Numbered from the stretch's first letter, positions 1 through 8,855 are shown. The stretch is DNA of 64,000 nt from a virus (IMGVR_UViG_2848092901_000003:18022-82021); one strand, 5' to 3'. A program made the numbers and translations. Notes: generated by a model not told the origin, from the letters alone.

Positions 1-525
1 TCCGGTAAACTCTCCCAGATGGCGAACGGCGCAATTTACGATGACAGCGGTGAGACCATTCGTATCCACGACCGCAAGCTGGACGCTTTGGAGGATATCA
101 TCGAAGCCGCCAACGGCAAACCGCTTCTGGTGGCTTACTGGTTCAAGCATGACTTGGGCCGTATTTCGGAAAGGCTGCGAAAGCTGCATATCCCGTTCTC
201 CCGGCTGGATGACGCCGCCAGTATCCGCAGATGGAACAATGGCGAGTTACCGGTGGCGCTGATCCATCCCGCTTCCGCCGGGCATGGGCTGAATCTCCAG
301 AGCGGCGGCTCGGCTATCGTGTGGTTCGGGCTGACCTGGAGCCTGGAGCTTTATCAGCAGACCATAGCGCGGCTCTGGCGACAGGGGCAGACTTCTGAAA
401 CCGTGGTGGTACAGCACATCGTCACAAAGGACACCATTGACGAACGCATCATGAAAGCCCTCTCCCAAAAGGAGCATACCCAGACGGCGCTGATCGACGC
501 CGTAAAAGCGGACTTGAAAATCTGA
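1..525 (+). CDS. SNF2-family phage helicase, C-terminal part (5' end outside window)
   Basis: Helicase C motifs HPASAGHGLNLQSGG and QQTIARLWRQGQ; frame is open from base 1. Confidence 0.9.
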   Translation, partial: SGKLSQMANGAIYDDSGETIRIHDRKLDALEDIIEAANGKPLLVAYWFKHDLGRISERLRKLHIPFSRLDDAASIRRWNNGELPVALIHPASAGHGLNLQSGGSAIVWFGLTWSLELYQQTIARLWRQGQTSETVVVQHIVTKDTIDERIMKALSQKEHTQTALIDAVKADLKI

Positions 526-580
526 GACAACCTAAGAAAATCCGTGCCAATCCGAGGATCAAAATTTCGGAGGTACGAAT

Positions 581-808
581 ATGAGCGATATCACGATTTA
601 CGAGAACCTTGCGAACGCCATCATCCTGCAGGCTGTGAAGGATTACCGCATGGCGCTGAAAAGCCTGAAAGTCAACTCCCGGAACAGGACGGTGCAGACT
701 GATAAAGCCGAAATTGAGCGGTTCTTCCGTTCGCAGTGGTACTCGACACTCACAGATGTGAATGGCGAGATGCTGATCCTCTCCCTGCAGAAGGAGGCAG
801 ACATATGA
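581..808 (+). CDS. Conserved phage hypothetical protein
   Basis: 75 aa ORF with GGAGG SD; its stop overlaps the next start. Confidence 0.75.
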   Translation: MSDITIYENLANAIILQAVKDYRMALKSLKVNSRNRTVQTDKAEIERFFRSQWYSTLTDVNGEMLILSLQKEADI

Positions 809-1215
809 CCGCAAAAGAATATCTAAACCAGGCGCGGCACCTGGACGCACTCATCAACTGCCGCTTGCGTGAGATTGACTACTGGAGGGATTTATCGAGC
901 AGCGTCTCAGGCAGTAATTTCGAACCGCACTACAATCCAAACAAGCCGACTGAAGCCCCTTTTGTCCGGTGTCTTGAGAAAATCGACGCCATCCAAAAGG
1001 ATGTGGCGGAAAAGGTGGCGTATCTGGTGTGTCTCAAGGAAACTATCAACGCGGCAATCGACAGACTTGCCAGCCGCGAGGAGCAACTGGTACTCCGTTA
1101 CCGTTACCTGGATAACTGCTCCTGGGAGGAGATATCACGGATGCTGAATGTGTCGCTGCGCACGGTGCATCGCATACACGGGTCGGCTCTTCAAAATTTT
1201 TCTGTTCCGGATTGA
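805..1215 (+). CDS. RinA/ArpU/DUF1492-like late transcriptional regulator
   Basis: MTAKEYLNQ start after AAGGAGG; C-terminal sigma-4-like HTH (LRYRYLDNCSWEEISRMLNVSLRTVHRIH); lies just before the packaging module. Confidence 0.85.
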   Translation: MTAKEYLNQARHLDALINCRLREIDYWRDLSSSVSGSNFEPHYNPNKPTEAPFVRCLEKIDAIQKDVAEKVAYLVCLKETINAAIDRLASREEQLVLRYRYLDNCSWEEISRMLNVSLRTVHRIHGSALQNFSVPD

Positions 1216-1219
1216 AAGT

Positions 1220-1264
1220 TGGCACGGTTTGGCACAGCATGGCACACTTGACTTATGGTATGAT
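1220..1264 (+). promoter_or_regulatory. Putative late promoter with three phased TGGCAC repeats
   Basis: TGGCAC at 1220, 1230 and 1240, then a TATGAT -10-like hexamer at 1259-1264. Confidence 0.6.
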
Positions 1265-1347
1265 TACAATAGCAAAGTAGAATACAGAACGGCCTTCATG
1301 GGAGCGATCCTATGAGGGCTTTTCTTATGCCCCAAGGAGGTGGCAAA

Positions 1348-1695
1348 GTGCCTAGGAAACCGAAACGGCCGTGTTCCTATCCCGGCTGTCCAAAGCTGAC
1401 GGACGGGCAGTACTGCAAGGAGCATGAAGCTGCCGCCCGCAGACAGTACAACCGATACGGACGTCCCGCCGACAGCAACAAGAAGTACGGCAGAGCTTGG
1501 AAACGAATCCGCGACCGCTATGCTGCGGCGCATCCTTTGTGCGAGATGTGTCTGAAGGAGGGACGGCTGACTCCTGTGGAGGAAGTCCATCACATCGTTC
1601 CCCTCTCGCAGGGCGGGACGCATCGGAACGATAACCTGATGAGTCTGTGCCAGTCCTGCCACACCAAGATCCACCATGACCTTGGCGACCGGTGA
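1348..1695 (+). CDS. HNH endonuclease (packaging-associated)
   Basis: GTG start after AAGGAGG; CEMC..EEVHHIVPLSQGGTHRNDNLMSLCQSCH HNH motif; upstream of terS. Confidence 0.9.
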   Translation: MPRKPKRPCSYPGCPKLTDGQYCKEHEAAARRQYNRYGRPADSNKKYGRAWKRIRDRYAAAHPLCEMCLKEGRLTPVEEVHHIVPLSQGGTHRNDNLMSLCQSCHTKIHHDLGDR

Positions 1696-1699
1696 CCGT

Positions 1700-1800
1700 A
1701 GGGCGGTCAAAATCTCCGGGACCTGAATGAGCGGACAGCGGCCTGGGGCCTCGTGTGCAAAAAAGGCGAAATCAAAAGGGTAATTAAGGGCAGCCGGCTG
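1700..1800. other. Candidate cos/packaging site region
   Basis: Non-coding GC-rich gap between HNH and terS, the usual cos position in HNH-associated HK97-like phages. Positional inference only. Confidence 0.4.
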
Positions 1801-1835
1801 CGGCTGCTTATTTTTCGAGGAAAGGGGTGAGAAAA

Positions 1836-2384
1836 ATGCCGACAAAATCCAATAACACAGGCGGGCGCGGCGGCGCGAGACCCGGTGCGGGAAGGAAGAA
1901 ATCCGCTGTCAAAGAGAAAGCTGAGAACGGCAATCCTGGCGGCAGGAAACTGGAAGTGCTGGACATTCCCGAAGTCGAGGGTGTCGATATGCCAAAGCCC
2001 CATGAGTTTTTATCCGCCGAGCAGCGTGACGGAAGCACGCTCCAGGCGGAGGAAATTTATACGGAAACCTGGGAGTGGTTAAAAAAGGTGGGCTGCGCGG
2101 CGAAGGTGTCACCTCAGCTTCTGGAGCGGTACGCCATGTGCAGCGCCCGCTGGATTCAGTGCGAGGAGATGACCAACCGCATGGGTTTCCTCTCCAAGCA
2201 TCCCACCACGCAGAAGCCGATTCCGTCGCCGTTTATTAATATCGGCATCAACTACATGAACCAGGCGGTGCGGCTCTGGAACGAGATCTTCCAGATCGTG
2301 AAGGAAAACTGCAGCACCGATTACGGGGAGGTATCTCCCCAGGATGATCTGATGGAGCGGCTGCTCCGCGCAAGGAAGGGGTGA
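1836..2384 (+). CDS. terS: Terminase small subunit (P27-like)
   Basis: N-terminal GGRGGARPGAGRKK; LERYAMCSARWIQCEE; position after HNH. Confidence 0.85.
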   Translation: MPTKSNNTGGRGGARPGAGRKKSAVKEKAENGNPGGRKLEVLDIPEVEGVDMPKPHEFLSAEQRDGSTLQAEEIYTETWEWLKKVGCAAKVSPQLLERYAMCSARWIQCEEMTNRMGFLSKHPTTQKPIPSPFINIGINYMNQAVRLWNEIFQIVKENCSTDYGEVSPQDDLMERLLRARKG

Positions 2385-2388
2385 AGCT

Positions 2389-3174
2389 ATGTTTGAGAAA
2401 GTAAATCCGTGCCACCCGGACAAGGTGGCGGACCGCATTGCCGGCGCCCTGGTGGATGCGGCGTACCGGAAAGAGGAAAATCCCAGGATCGCCGTGGAAG
2501 TCCTGATCGGCCACGGCGTCTGCCATATCATCGCGGAAACATCAGTGAGCATTCCACAGGATGAAGTGGAATCCATTGTCCATCGCATCGCAGGAAATCT
2601 GCACACGGACTATCTGGAAATGCCGCAGGACGGATGTCTTGCCAATAACCAGGCGGAAGGAATCCGCTGCGGGGACAACGGCATCTTCAAAGGGGTTCCG
2701 GTCACGGAGGAGCAGAAAGCACTCTGTGAGATCGCCAAAAGTGTATATCACACTTATCCCTCGGATGGGAAGTACATCATTGACGAAGCAAGGCTCATCC
2801 TCTGCCAGAGCAATGCCCCTGCCGCAGAGCTGCGGAAACGGTATCCGGGCGCCGAGGTCAATCCCTTGGGCGACTGGACAGGCGGCACGGATGTAGACTC
2901 TGGGGCGACCAACCGCAAGCTGGGCAGCGACATGGCCGATTCGGTGACGGGCGGCGGCCTTCACGGCAAAGACCTCTCCAAAGCGGATGTGAGTGTGAAC
3001 ATCTACGCATGGCTGAAGGCGCAGGAAACGGGAAAGCCCGTGGAACTGTGCTGCGCCATCGGGGAAGATACGGTGGACGGCATCCCCTATAGAGAAATCG
3101 TGGAGACTGCCCGGAGATACATCCGGTCCCTCGGCGGCTTTGAAAAATTTGCGGAATGGGGGCTGGTGCGATGA
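2389..3174 (+). CDS. metK: Compact S-adenosylmethionine synthetase-like protein
   Basis: HPDKVAD, GDNG, GG..DSGATNRK and GGGLHGKDLSKAD correspond to MetK motifs HPDK, GDQG, GG..GD.GLTGRK and GGGAFSGKD..KVD; 261 aa. Confidence 0.8.
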   Translation: MFEKVNPCHPDKVADRIAGALVDAAYRKEENPRIAVEVLIGHGVCHIIAETSVSIPQDEVESIVHRIAGNLHTDYLEMPQDGCLANNQAEGIRCGDNGIFKGVPVTEEQKALCEIAKSVYHTYPSDGKYIIDEARLILCQSNAPAAELRKRYPGAEVNPLGDWTGGTDVDSGATNRKLGSDMADSVTGGGLHGKDLSKADVSVNIYAWLKAQETGKPVELCCAIGEDTVDGIPYREIVETARRYIRSLGGFEKFAEWGLVR

Positions 3175-4409
3175 AAACGACAACCGAGATGCAGCTTGTC
3201 CCTATCGCCAAGCTGGTACCCTATGTGAACAATGCCCGCACCCACTCCCCGGAGCAGATTACCAAGCTCCGCTCGTCCCTCCGGGAGTTCGGCTTTATCA
3301 ATCCCGTCATCATCGACCGGGAGTTCAATGTGATCGCCGGCCACGGCAGAATCCTTGCGGCAAAGGAAGAAGGCATCCGAGAGATTCCCTGTGTGTTTGC
3401 CGACCATCTTACCGAAGCGCAGAAGAAAGCCTATATCATTGCGGACAACCGCATGGCGATGGACGCCGGATGGGATGAGGAACTTCTGCGGGTGGAGATT
3501 GAGTCTTTGCAGGGCATGGACTTTGACCCTCTGCTCACCGGCTTTGATGAAAAGGAACTGGCAGCTCTGTTCGATGACGGCATGGAAGCCAAAGAGGATG
3601 ACTTCGATGTGGACGCGGAGCTGCAAAAGCCTGCCTTCTCCCGGTTGGGCGACGTATGGACGCTTGGCAGGCACCGTCTGGTATGCGGGGACTCTACAAA
3701 GGCAGAGACATACACCGCACTCATGGATGGCGTTAAGGCAAACCTGGTGATTACCGACCCGCCGTACAACGTCAACTACGAAGGCTCGGCTGGCAAAATC
3801 AAGAACGACAACATGGCAGGCGAGAAATTCTATGAATTCCTCCTTGCCGCTTTTCAGAATATGGAATCGGTTATGGCGGCGGACGCATCCATCTATGTGT
3901 TCCACGCCGATACCGAGGGGCTAAACTTCCGCAGGGCGTTTGCCGATGCGGGATTTTATTTATCCGGCTGCTGCATCTGGAAGAAGCAATCCCTTGTGCT
4001 GGGACGCTCTCCGTACCAGTGGCAGCATGAGCCGGTGCTGTACGGCTGGAAGAAAAACGGCAAGCATCAGTGGTACACCGGCAGGAAGGAAACCACCATC
4101 TGGGAGTTTGATAAACCCAAGAAGAACGGCGACCATCCCACCATGAAGCCAATCCCTCTGCTGGCTTATCCTATCCAGAACAGTTCTATGGCAAACTCGG
4201 TGGTGCTTGACCCATTCGGCGGTTCCGGTTCTACGCTCATTGCCTGTGAGCAGACTGACCGCATCTGCCGCATCATCGAGTTGGACGAGAAGTTCTGCGA
4301 TGTGATTGTAAACCGATATATTGAGCAGGCCGGTTCTGCGGATGGCGTGAGCGTCCTCCGTAATGGCAGGACATACAGCTACGAGGAGGTCACGGATGGA
4401 ACAGAATAA
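3171..4409 (+). CDS. ParB-N domain + DNA N6-adenine (N4/N6 family) methyltransferase
   Basis: N-terminal ParB-like domain (LVPYVNNARTH..IAGHGR), DPPY catalytic motif and DPFGGSGST SAM-binding motif. Confidence 0.92.
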   Translation: MKTTTEMQLVPIAKLVPYVNNARTHSPEQITKLRSSLREFGFINPVIIDREFNVIAGHGRILAAKEEGIREIPCVFADHLTEAQKKAYIIADNRMAMDAGWDEELLRVEIESLQGMDFDPLLTGFDEKELAALFDDGMEAKEDDFDVDAELQKPAFSRLGDVWTLGRHRLVCGDSTKAETYTALMDGVKANLVITDPPYNVNYEGSAGKIKNDNMAGEKFYEFLLAAFQNMESVMAADASIYVFHADTEGLNFRRAFADAGFYLSGCCIWKKQSLVLGRSPYQWQHEPVLYGWKKNGKHQWYTGRKETTIWEFDKPKKNGDHPTMKPIPLLAYPIQNSSMANSVVLDPFGGSGSTLIACEQTDRICRIIELDEKFCDVIVNRYIEQAGSADGVSVLRNGRTYSYEEVTDGTE

Positions 4410-6333
4410 ACTGACGCTGGGCAGCCTGTTTGACGGCTCTGGCGGATTCCCTCTGGGCGGATTGCTCTCCGGCATTACCCCTGTGTGGGCTTCGGAGATC
4501 GAACCATTCCCCATCCGGGTGACCACAAAGCGGCTGCCCTTTATGAAGCATTACGGCGATGTATCCAAAATGGACGGCGCAGATGTAGAGCCGGTGGACA
4601 TCATCACCTTCGGCTCGCCCTGCCAGGATATGAGCATCGCCGGCCGGCGGGAAGGTCTGGACGGCTCCCGCTCCAGCCTGTTCTACGAAGCCGTCCGAAT
4701 CGTAAAAGAAATGAGGTGTGCGACCGATGGAAAACATCCAAGGTATATCGTCTGGGAAAACGTCCCCGGCGCGTTCAGCTCCAACAAGGGCGCGGACTTC
4801 CAGTCCGTCCTCGAAGAGATCTGCTCGGTCAAAGGATACGAAATTCATACTGCTCGACCTGAGAGGTGGCCAGCCGCCGGGGAGATCGTGGCAGACGATT
4901 TCAGTCTCGCATGGCGGGTATTTGATGCGCAGTACTGGGGAGTCCCCCAACGCAGAAAACGTATCTACCTTGTCGCAGATTTTGCAGGCGGGGGCGCCGG
5001 AAAAATACTATTTGAGTCCGAAGGCGTGTCTGGGTATACTCCGCAGGGCTTCCGCCCGTGGCAAGGAACTGCCGGAACTTTTGAGGAAGGCGCTGGAGCG
5101 TCAGGCTGCGTCTGCTTAAACGACCAGGGCGGCAGCCGTATGGATGTGACGGAGGATGTCGCAGCAACGCTCCGGGCGGAAAACCACGGACACCCTCCCT
5201 GCGTGATGGGGGCAGCCGGTTTTTGTACCGAGCATTCCGCACAGGCAAGGGGCATTGGGTATGAGGAAGAAACTTCTCCCACCCTCCGTGCCGGGACGGT
5301 GCCGGCGGCGGTCTATGAGAACCATAGCCAGGATACCAGATACACCGGTCCACTGGAGACAGCGCCTACAGTAATGTCTACCTACGGCACGGGCGGCAAC
5401 AACCAGCCCTTTGTGGTGGAGACACCCAAGACGCTGAAGATCCGCTCCGGCTGCGATGGCGGCGGTAAAGGCGCGCTGATCCAGGAGAACAAGTCCGCCA
5501 CCCTCGGCTGCAACAACGACCAGACGGTATTCGTGCCGTTCGTGAAGGGCACCCGCCCCCATTCTCCCGATGAGGGGCAGCAGTGGAGAGCCGCCGATGT
5601 AGCGAATACACTGAACACCTACGATGTAGGCGAGGCCCGGTGCAATGAACTGGCGGTCAGGGTGTACGGCATCTGCTCCAAGCAGAGCCACGCCATGCTG
5701 TCCGACAATCCCCACAGCGGTTTTTATGAAGCGGACACTTCCCGGTGCCTGGACAGGAGCGGCGGCAACCCCACCTGCAACCAGGGCGGTATGGCGGTGG
5801 TGGCGGTGCAGGGTTCCATGATCGGCAGGGCGGATAAGAATGGTCCCCAGGGCAGCGGCGTGAATGAGGATGTGTCTTTTACGCTGGATGCTGCTGACCG
5901 CCATGCGGTGGCTTACTGCATGACCACCGGCTCTTACACTCAAACATTGGAAGAACAATCTCCAACCTTGATGGCAAGGGATTATAAAGACCCGCCTGTG
6001 GTGAATGAGACTGAGCCGGAGTATATCGTCCGCAGACTGACGCCTACCGAGTGCGCCCGGTTGCAGGGGTTTCCGGACTGGTGGTGCGCCGGGCTTGAGA
6101 CCGATGAGCCGTCTGAGGAGGAAATCGAGTTCTGGACAGAGGTGTTTGAGACACATCGCACCGTTCTGGGAACTTCCTCCAAGCCAAAGAGCCGGAACCA
6201 GATCATCAAGTGGCTGAAAGGCCCCCACTCCGATTCCGCAGAATACAAAATGTGGGGCAACGGTGTGGCGCTTCCCAATGTTTACTTCGTGCTCTCCGGG
6301 ATCGTGTACTATGCACAGTTTCCGGAAGGATAA
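4396..6333 (+). CDS. dcm: DNA cytosine-C5 methyltransferase with very long variable region
   Basis: Motifs I (LFDGSGG), IV (GSPCQD), VI (ENV), VIII (QRRKRIY), IX (RRLTPTECARLQGFPD) and X (GNGV). Confidence 0.92.
   Translation: MEQNKLTLGSLFDGSGGFPLGGLLSGITPVWASEIEPFPIRVTTKRLPFMKHYGDVSKMDGADVEPVDIITFGSPCQDMSIAGRREGLDGSRSSLFYEAVRIVKEMRCATDGKHPRYIVWENVPGAFSSNKGADFQSVLEEICSVKGYEIHTARPERWPAAGEIVADDFSLAWRVFDAQYWGVPQRRKRIYLVADFAGGGAGKILFESEGVSGYTPQGFRPWQGTAGTFEEGAGASGCVCLNDQGGSRMDVTEDVAATLRAENHGHPPCVMGAAGFCTEHSAQARGIGYEEETSPTLRAGTVPAAVYENHSQDTRYTGPLETAPTVMSTYGTGGNNQPFVVETPKTLKIRSGCDGGGKGALIQENKSATLGCNNDQTVFVPFVKGTRPHSPDEGQQWRAADVANTLNTYDVGEARCNELAVRVYGICSKQSHAMLSDNPHSGFYEADTSRCLDRSGGNPTCNQGGMAVVAVQGSMIGRADKNGPQGSGVNEDVSFTLDAADRHAVAYCMTTGSYTQTLEEQSPTLMARDYKDPPVVNETEPEYIVRRLTPTECARLQGFPDWWCAGLETDEPSEEEIEFWTEVFETHRTVLGTSSKPKSRNQIIKWLKGPHSDSAEYKMWGNGVALPNVYFVLSGIVYYAQFPEG
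4727..5119 (+). CDS. Overlapping +1-frame ORF inside the C5-MTase gene
   Basis: SD GAGGTG at 4713-4718, 8 nt before ATG 4727; C-terminal half looks like a folded domain (STLSQILQAGAPEKYYLSPKACLGILRRASARGKELP). Confidence 0.65.
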   Translation: MENIQGISSGKTSPARSAPTRARTSSPSSKRSARSKDTKFILLDLRGGQPPGRSWQTISVSHGGYLMRSTGESPNAENVSTLSQILQAGAPEKYYLSPKACLGILRRASARGKELPELLRKALERQAASA

Positions 6334-6371
6334 TCCAGCCCTTATTCTACAGAAAAATGTGCGAAAACCGC

Positions 6372-6402
6372 TTGCTATTTCAGGGGTTTAGAGTGATGTA
6401 TG
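6372..6402 (+). promoter_or_regulatory. Repeated promoter-like motif, copy 1
   Basis: TTGCTA-N12-AGAGTGA upstream of the SD of the ORF at 6432. Confidence 0.65.
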
Positions 6403-6431
6403 TACTACCAAAACAAAGGAGGTTTTCGCAC

Positions 6432-7151
6432 ATGGAAATCAGATACAATGTGACGGGTGCCAAGCGCAAGGAACTTGTAAAGGTCATCGCTGATACCACT
6501 GGCGCCAGGGCGGAATACAAGTTCATGCCCACCTGCAACTATGAGATCGACTACTTTACGGTTACCAAGGATGGGACACTCCTCTTTGACGACCGCGCCG
6601 ACAGCGAGGAAGTCGAGCGGGTGCTGGAATCCATCGCCGCCGCTGGCTTTGAATGTGAGCCGCAGGACGGCGTTGAGCAACCCTCTGGGCAAGAAACCAA
6701 AGAAACGGAAGAAATCGCCGACAGCGCGCCACAGGGCGAACCTGTGGGACTTACAGTGGAGATTCCGCTCCACAAGGTGGCAGTGGGCAACCTCACGAAG
6801 CTGCTGGAAGCCAAAGGAAATCTGATACGGAAAGCCCTGGGCATCACCGACCTTCGCGTTGAGGTTTTGGAAGATCGGGTGGCGTTCCCCTGGTTCTCCC
6901 AGGTAGATGCGGATTCTGCAGCCGCCTACACCCATTTCATTTCCGCACTTTGCGAGATGAGCAGAAATGCCAAGCGAGTGACGGCGACCGAAAAGCCGGT
7001 GGATAACGAGAAATACGCATTCCGCTGCTTTCTCCTGCGGCTGGGCTTTATTGGCAGCGAGTACAAAGCGGAGCGCAAGATCCTGCTGAAGAACCTCTCT
7101 GGGTCCTCGGCCTTCAAGAATGGAGGTGCCGGCCATGCGGTTTCCGAATAA
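6432..7151 (+). CDS. Phage 'virulence-related' protein sharing the amidoligase C-terminal domain
   Basis: AAAGGAGG SD; C-terminal NEKYAFRCFLLRLGFIGSEYKAERKILLKNLSGSSAFK. Confidence 0.8.
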   Translation: MEIRYNVTGAKRKELVKVIADTTGARAEYKFMPTCNYEIDYFTVTKDGTLLFDDRADSEEVERVLESIAAAGFECEPQDGVEQPSGQETKETEEIADSAPQGEPVGLTVEIPLHKVAVGNLTKLLEAKGNLIRKALGITDLRVEVLEDRVAFPWFSQVDADSAAAYTHFISALCEMSRNAKRVTATEKPVDNEKYAFRCFLLRLGFIGSEYKAERKILLKNLSGSSAFKNGGAGHAVSE

Positions 7152-7371
7152 AGATACCGTGGAGCGTATCCGCCGGGACTATCCCGCCGGCACCCGTGTG
7201 GAACTGGTGCGGATGGATGATGCCCAAGCGCCACTCGCCGGTACGCTCGGCACGGTACTCGGTGTGGATGATACCGGTTCCCTCCTCATGCGCTGGGACA
7301 ACGGCAGCGACCTGAACGTGATCTATGGTGAGGACATTGTGAGAAAGGTGGGTGGGCGATATGACGAATGA
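7135..7371 (+). CDS. DUF4314-like small protein
   Basis: YPAGTRVELVRMDD..GTV.GVDDTGSLLMRWDNGS.LNVIYGED pattern; GGAGG SD. Confidence 0.8.
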   Translation: MRFPNKDTVERIRRDYPAGTRVELVRMDDAQAPLAGTLGTVLGVDDTGSLLMRWDNGSDLNVIYGEDIVRKVGGRYDE

Positions 7372-7678
7372 TATCCTGAAAGACTTCTTCTATGGGAACA
7401 TCAATCCGAATGAAAAGCAGTTTGACCGCAATTCAGAGTATGGAAAGGCAGCCTCCGGGCTGGTCGATGAGGAAGAAAAACTCCGCTCCATGCTGGATCA
7501 TGAGACGTCCGCAATCCTTGATAAGATGATTTGCCTGCAAGCCTCCATTACAGGTATGACCGCTGAGGAGTACTTCATCGATGGGCTGCGCACGGGATTC
7601 CGGCTGGCTCTCGCTATACTCGATGAAGGAAAAAACGGCTCTCTCACGCCAATTACGGATGGTGGAAAAAGGCTGTAA
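7361..7678 (+). CDS. DUF6809-like hypothetical protein
   Basis: ILKDFFYGNINP..F..G.RTGFRL pattern; resembles the ORF at 63719. Confidence 0.65.
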   Translation: MTNDILKDFFYGNINPNEKQFDRNSEYGKAASGLVDEEEKLRSMLDHETSAILDKMICLQASITGMTAEEYFIDGLRTGFRLALAILDEGKNGSLTPITDGGKRL

Positions 7679-7730
7679 ATTACACAGTATCCAGCAGTCA
7701 TCTTTGTGTAGTATATTATCGGAAATGGCC

Positions 7731-7762
7731 TTGCTATTATCCTCTTTTAGAGCGAATATGTG
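7731..7762 (+). promoter_or_regulatory. Repeated promoter-like motif, copy 2
   Basis: TTGCTA-N12-AGAGCGA, preceded by a TACACA-N18-TGTGTA inverted repeat (7681-7710). Confidence 0.65.
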
Positions 7763-7807
7763 TACACCGAAAGGGAAAACACACCAAATGAAAACGGAGG
7801 ATTCACC

Positions 7808-8758
7808 ATGAATGAGAAAACCGCAAGGCAGATTACAGAGATGAAAAAGCAGACCATCGGGGTCGAGGTTGAGATGAATAACATCACCCGCCAGAAGGCA
7901 GCCAAGGCTGCCGCCGAGTTTTTCGGCACCGGACGCTACGAGAATACCGCCGGCCGCAACGGATACAGCACCTGGTCGGCCTGGGACGCAGACGGGCGCG
8001 AGTGGAAGTTCCAGAAGGATGTTTCCATTGCGGGACCGGATGACCAGAAATGCGAACTGGTCACCCCGATCCTGACCTACGATGACATCGAAACCCTGCA
8101 GGAGCTTTGCAGGCAGCTTCGTCACAACGGAGCCAAGAGCGACGCCTCCAGAGGATGCGGGGTCCACATCCACATCGGGGCAAACGGGCACACCCCGCAG
8201 AGCCTTCGCAACCTTGCCAACATCATGGCGAGCCACGAAAGCCTGATTGCCGAGGCACTGAAACTGGACCGGGGCCGCATGAGCCGCTACTGCCGCACGG
8301 TGGACCCAAGATTCTTAGAGCAGGTCAACCGGAGAAAACCCCGCACAATGGCACAGCTTGCGGATATCTGGTACAACAGCAACGGCGCAAATTACGGCAG
8401 AAACCATCACTACAACGACAGCCGCTACCATATGCTCAACCTCCACGCCACTTTTACCAAAGGCACGGTCGAATTTAGGCTCTTCCAGTTTGATGAGCCA
8501 ACCGCAGAGCGCCGGGGCGGCATCCATGCAGGCCAGCTTAAGAGTTACATCCAGCTTTGCCTGGCCTTAAGCCAGATGGCAAAGGATGTGCGGACGGCAA
8601 GCTCCAAGCCCCAGCAGAACGAGAACCCCAAATATGCCATGCGCACCTGGCTCCTCCGCCTGGGCTTCATCGGCGAGGAGTTCGCAACGGCCAGAGATTT
8701 CCTGACCCGCAACCTTACCGGGGACACAGCCTTCCGGCATGGCAGAGCCGCCGCTTGA
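7808..8758 (+). CDS. Amidoligase family protein (COOH-NH2 ligase, Amidoligase_2-like)
   Basis: TIGVEVEM, CELVTP, CGVHIHIG, RYHMLNL and TVEFRLF motifs. Confidence 0.9.
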   Translation: MNEKTARQITEMKKQTIGVEVEMNNITRQKAAKAAAEFFGTGRYENTAGRNGYSTWSAWDADGREWKFQKDVSIAGPDDQKCELVTPILTYDDIETLQELCRQLRHNGAKSDASRGCGVHIHIGANGHTPQSLRNLANIMASHESLIAEALKLDRGRMSRYCRTVDPRFLEQVNRRKPRTMAQLADIWYNSNGANYGRNHHYNDSRYHMLNLHATFTKGTVEFRLFQFDEPTAERRGGIHAGQLKSYIQLCLALSQMAKDVRTASSKPQQNENPKYAMRTWLLRLGFIGEEFATARDFLTRNLTGDTAFRHGRAAA

Positions 8759-8835
8759 AGGACTTAGGTTAAATGCCCTGCCCCTGACCGCTTCGGCGGT
8801 CTTAGGGTGGTAGAAGGACAAGTAACCTAAGTCCT
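8759..8835 (+). ncRNA. Candidate structured intergenic RNA element
   Basis: Perfect 13-bp outer inverted repeat (AGGACTTAGGTTA / TAACCTAAGTCCT) enclosing a GACCGC-TTCG-GCGGTC tetraloop hairpin. Confidence 0.45.
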
Positions 8836-8855
8836 CCAGGAAAGGATGGATACAC

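Noticed and set aside
5116-6228. 370-aa antisense ORF within the C5-MTase
   Set aside because: No SD or motif; typical shadow ORF of GC-rich coding DNA, unlike the +1 ORF at 4727.
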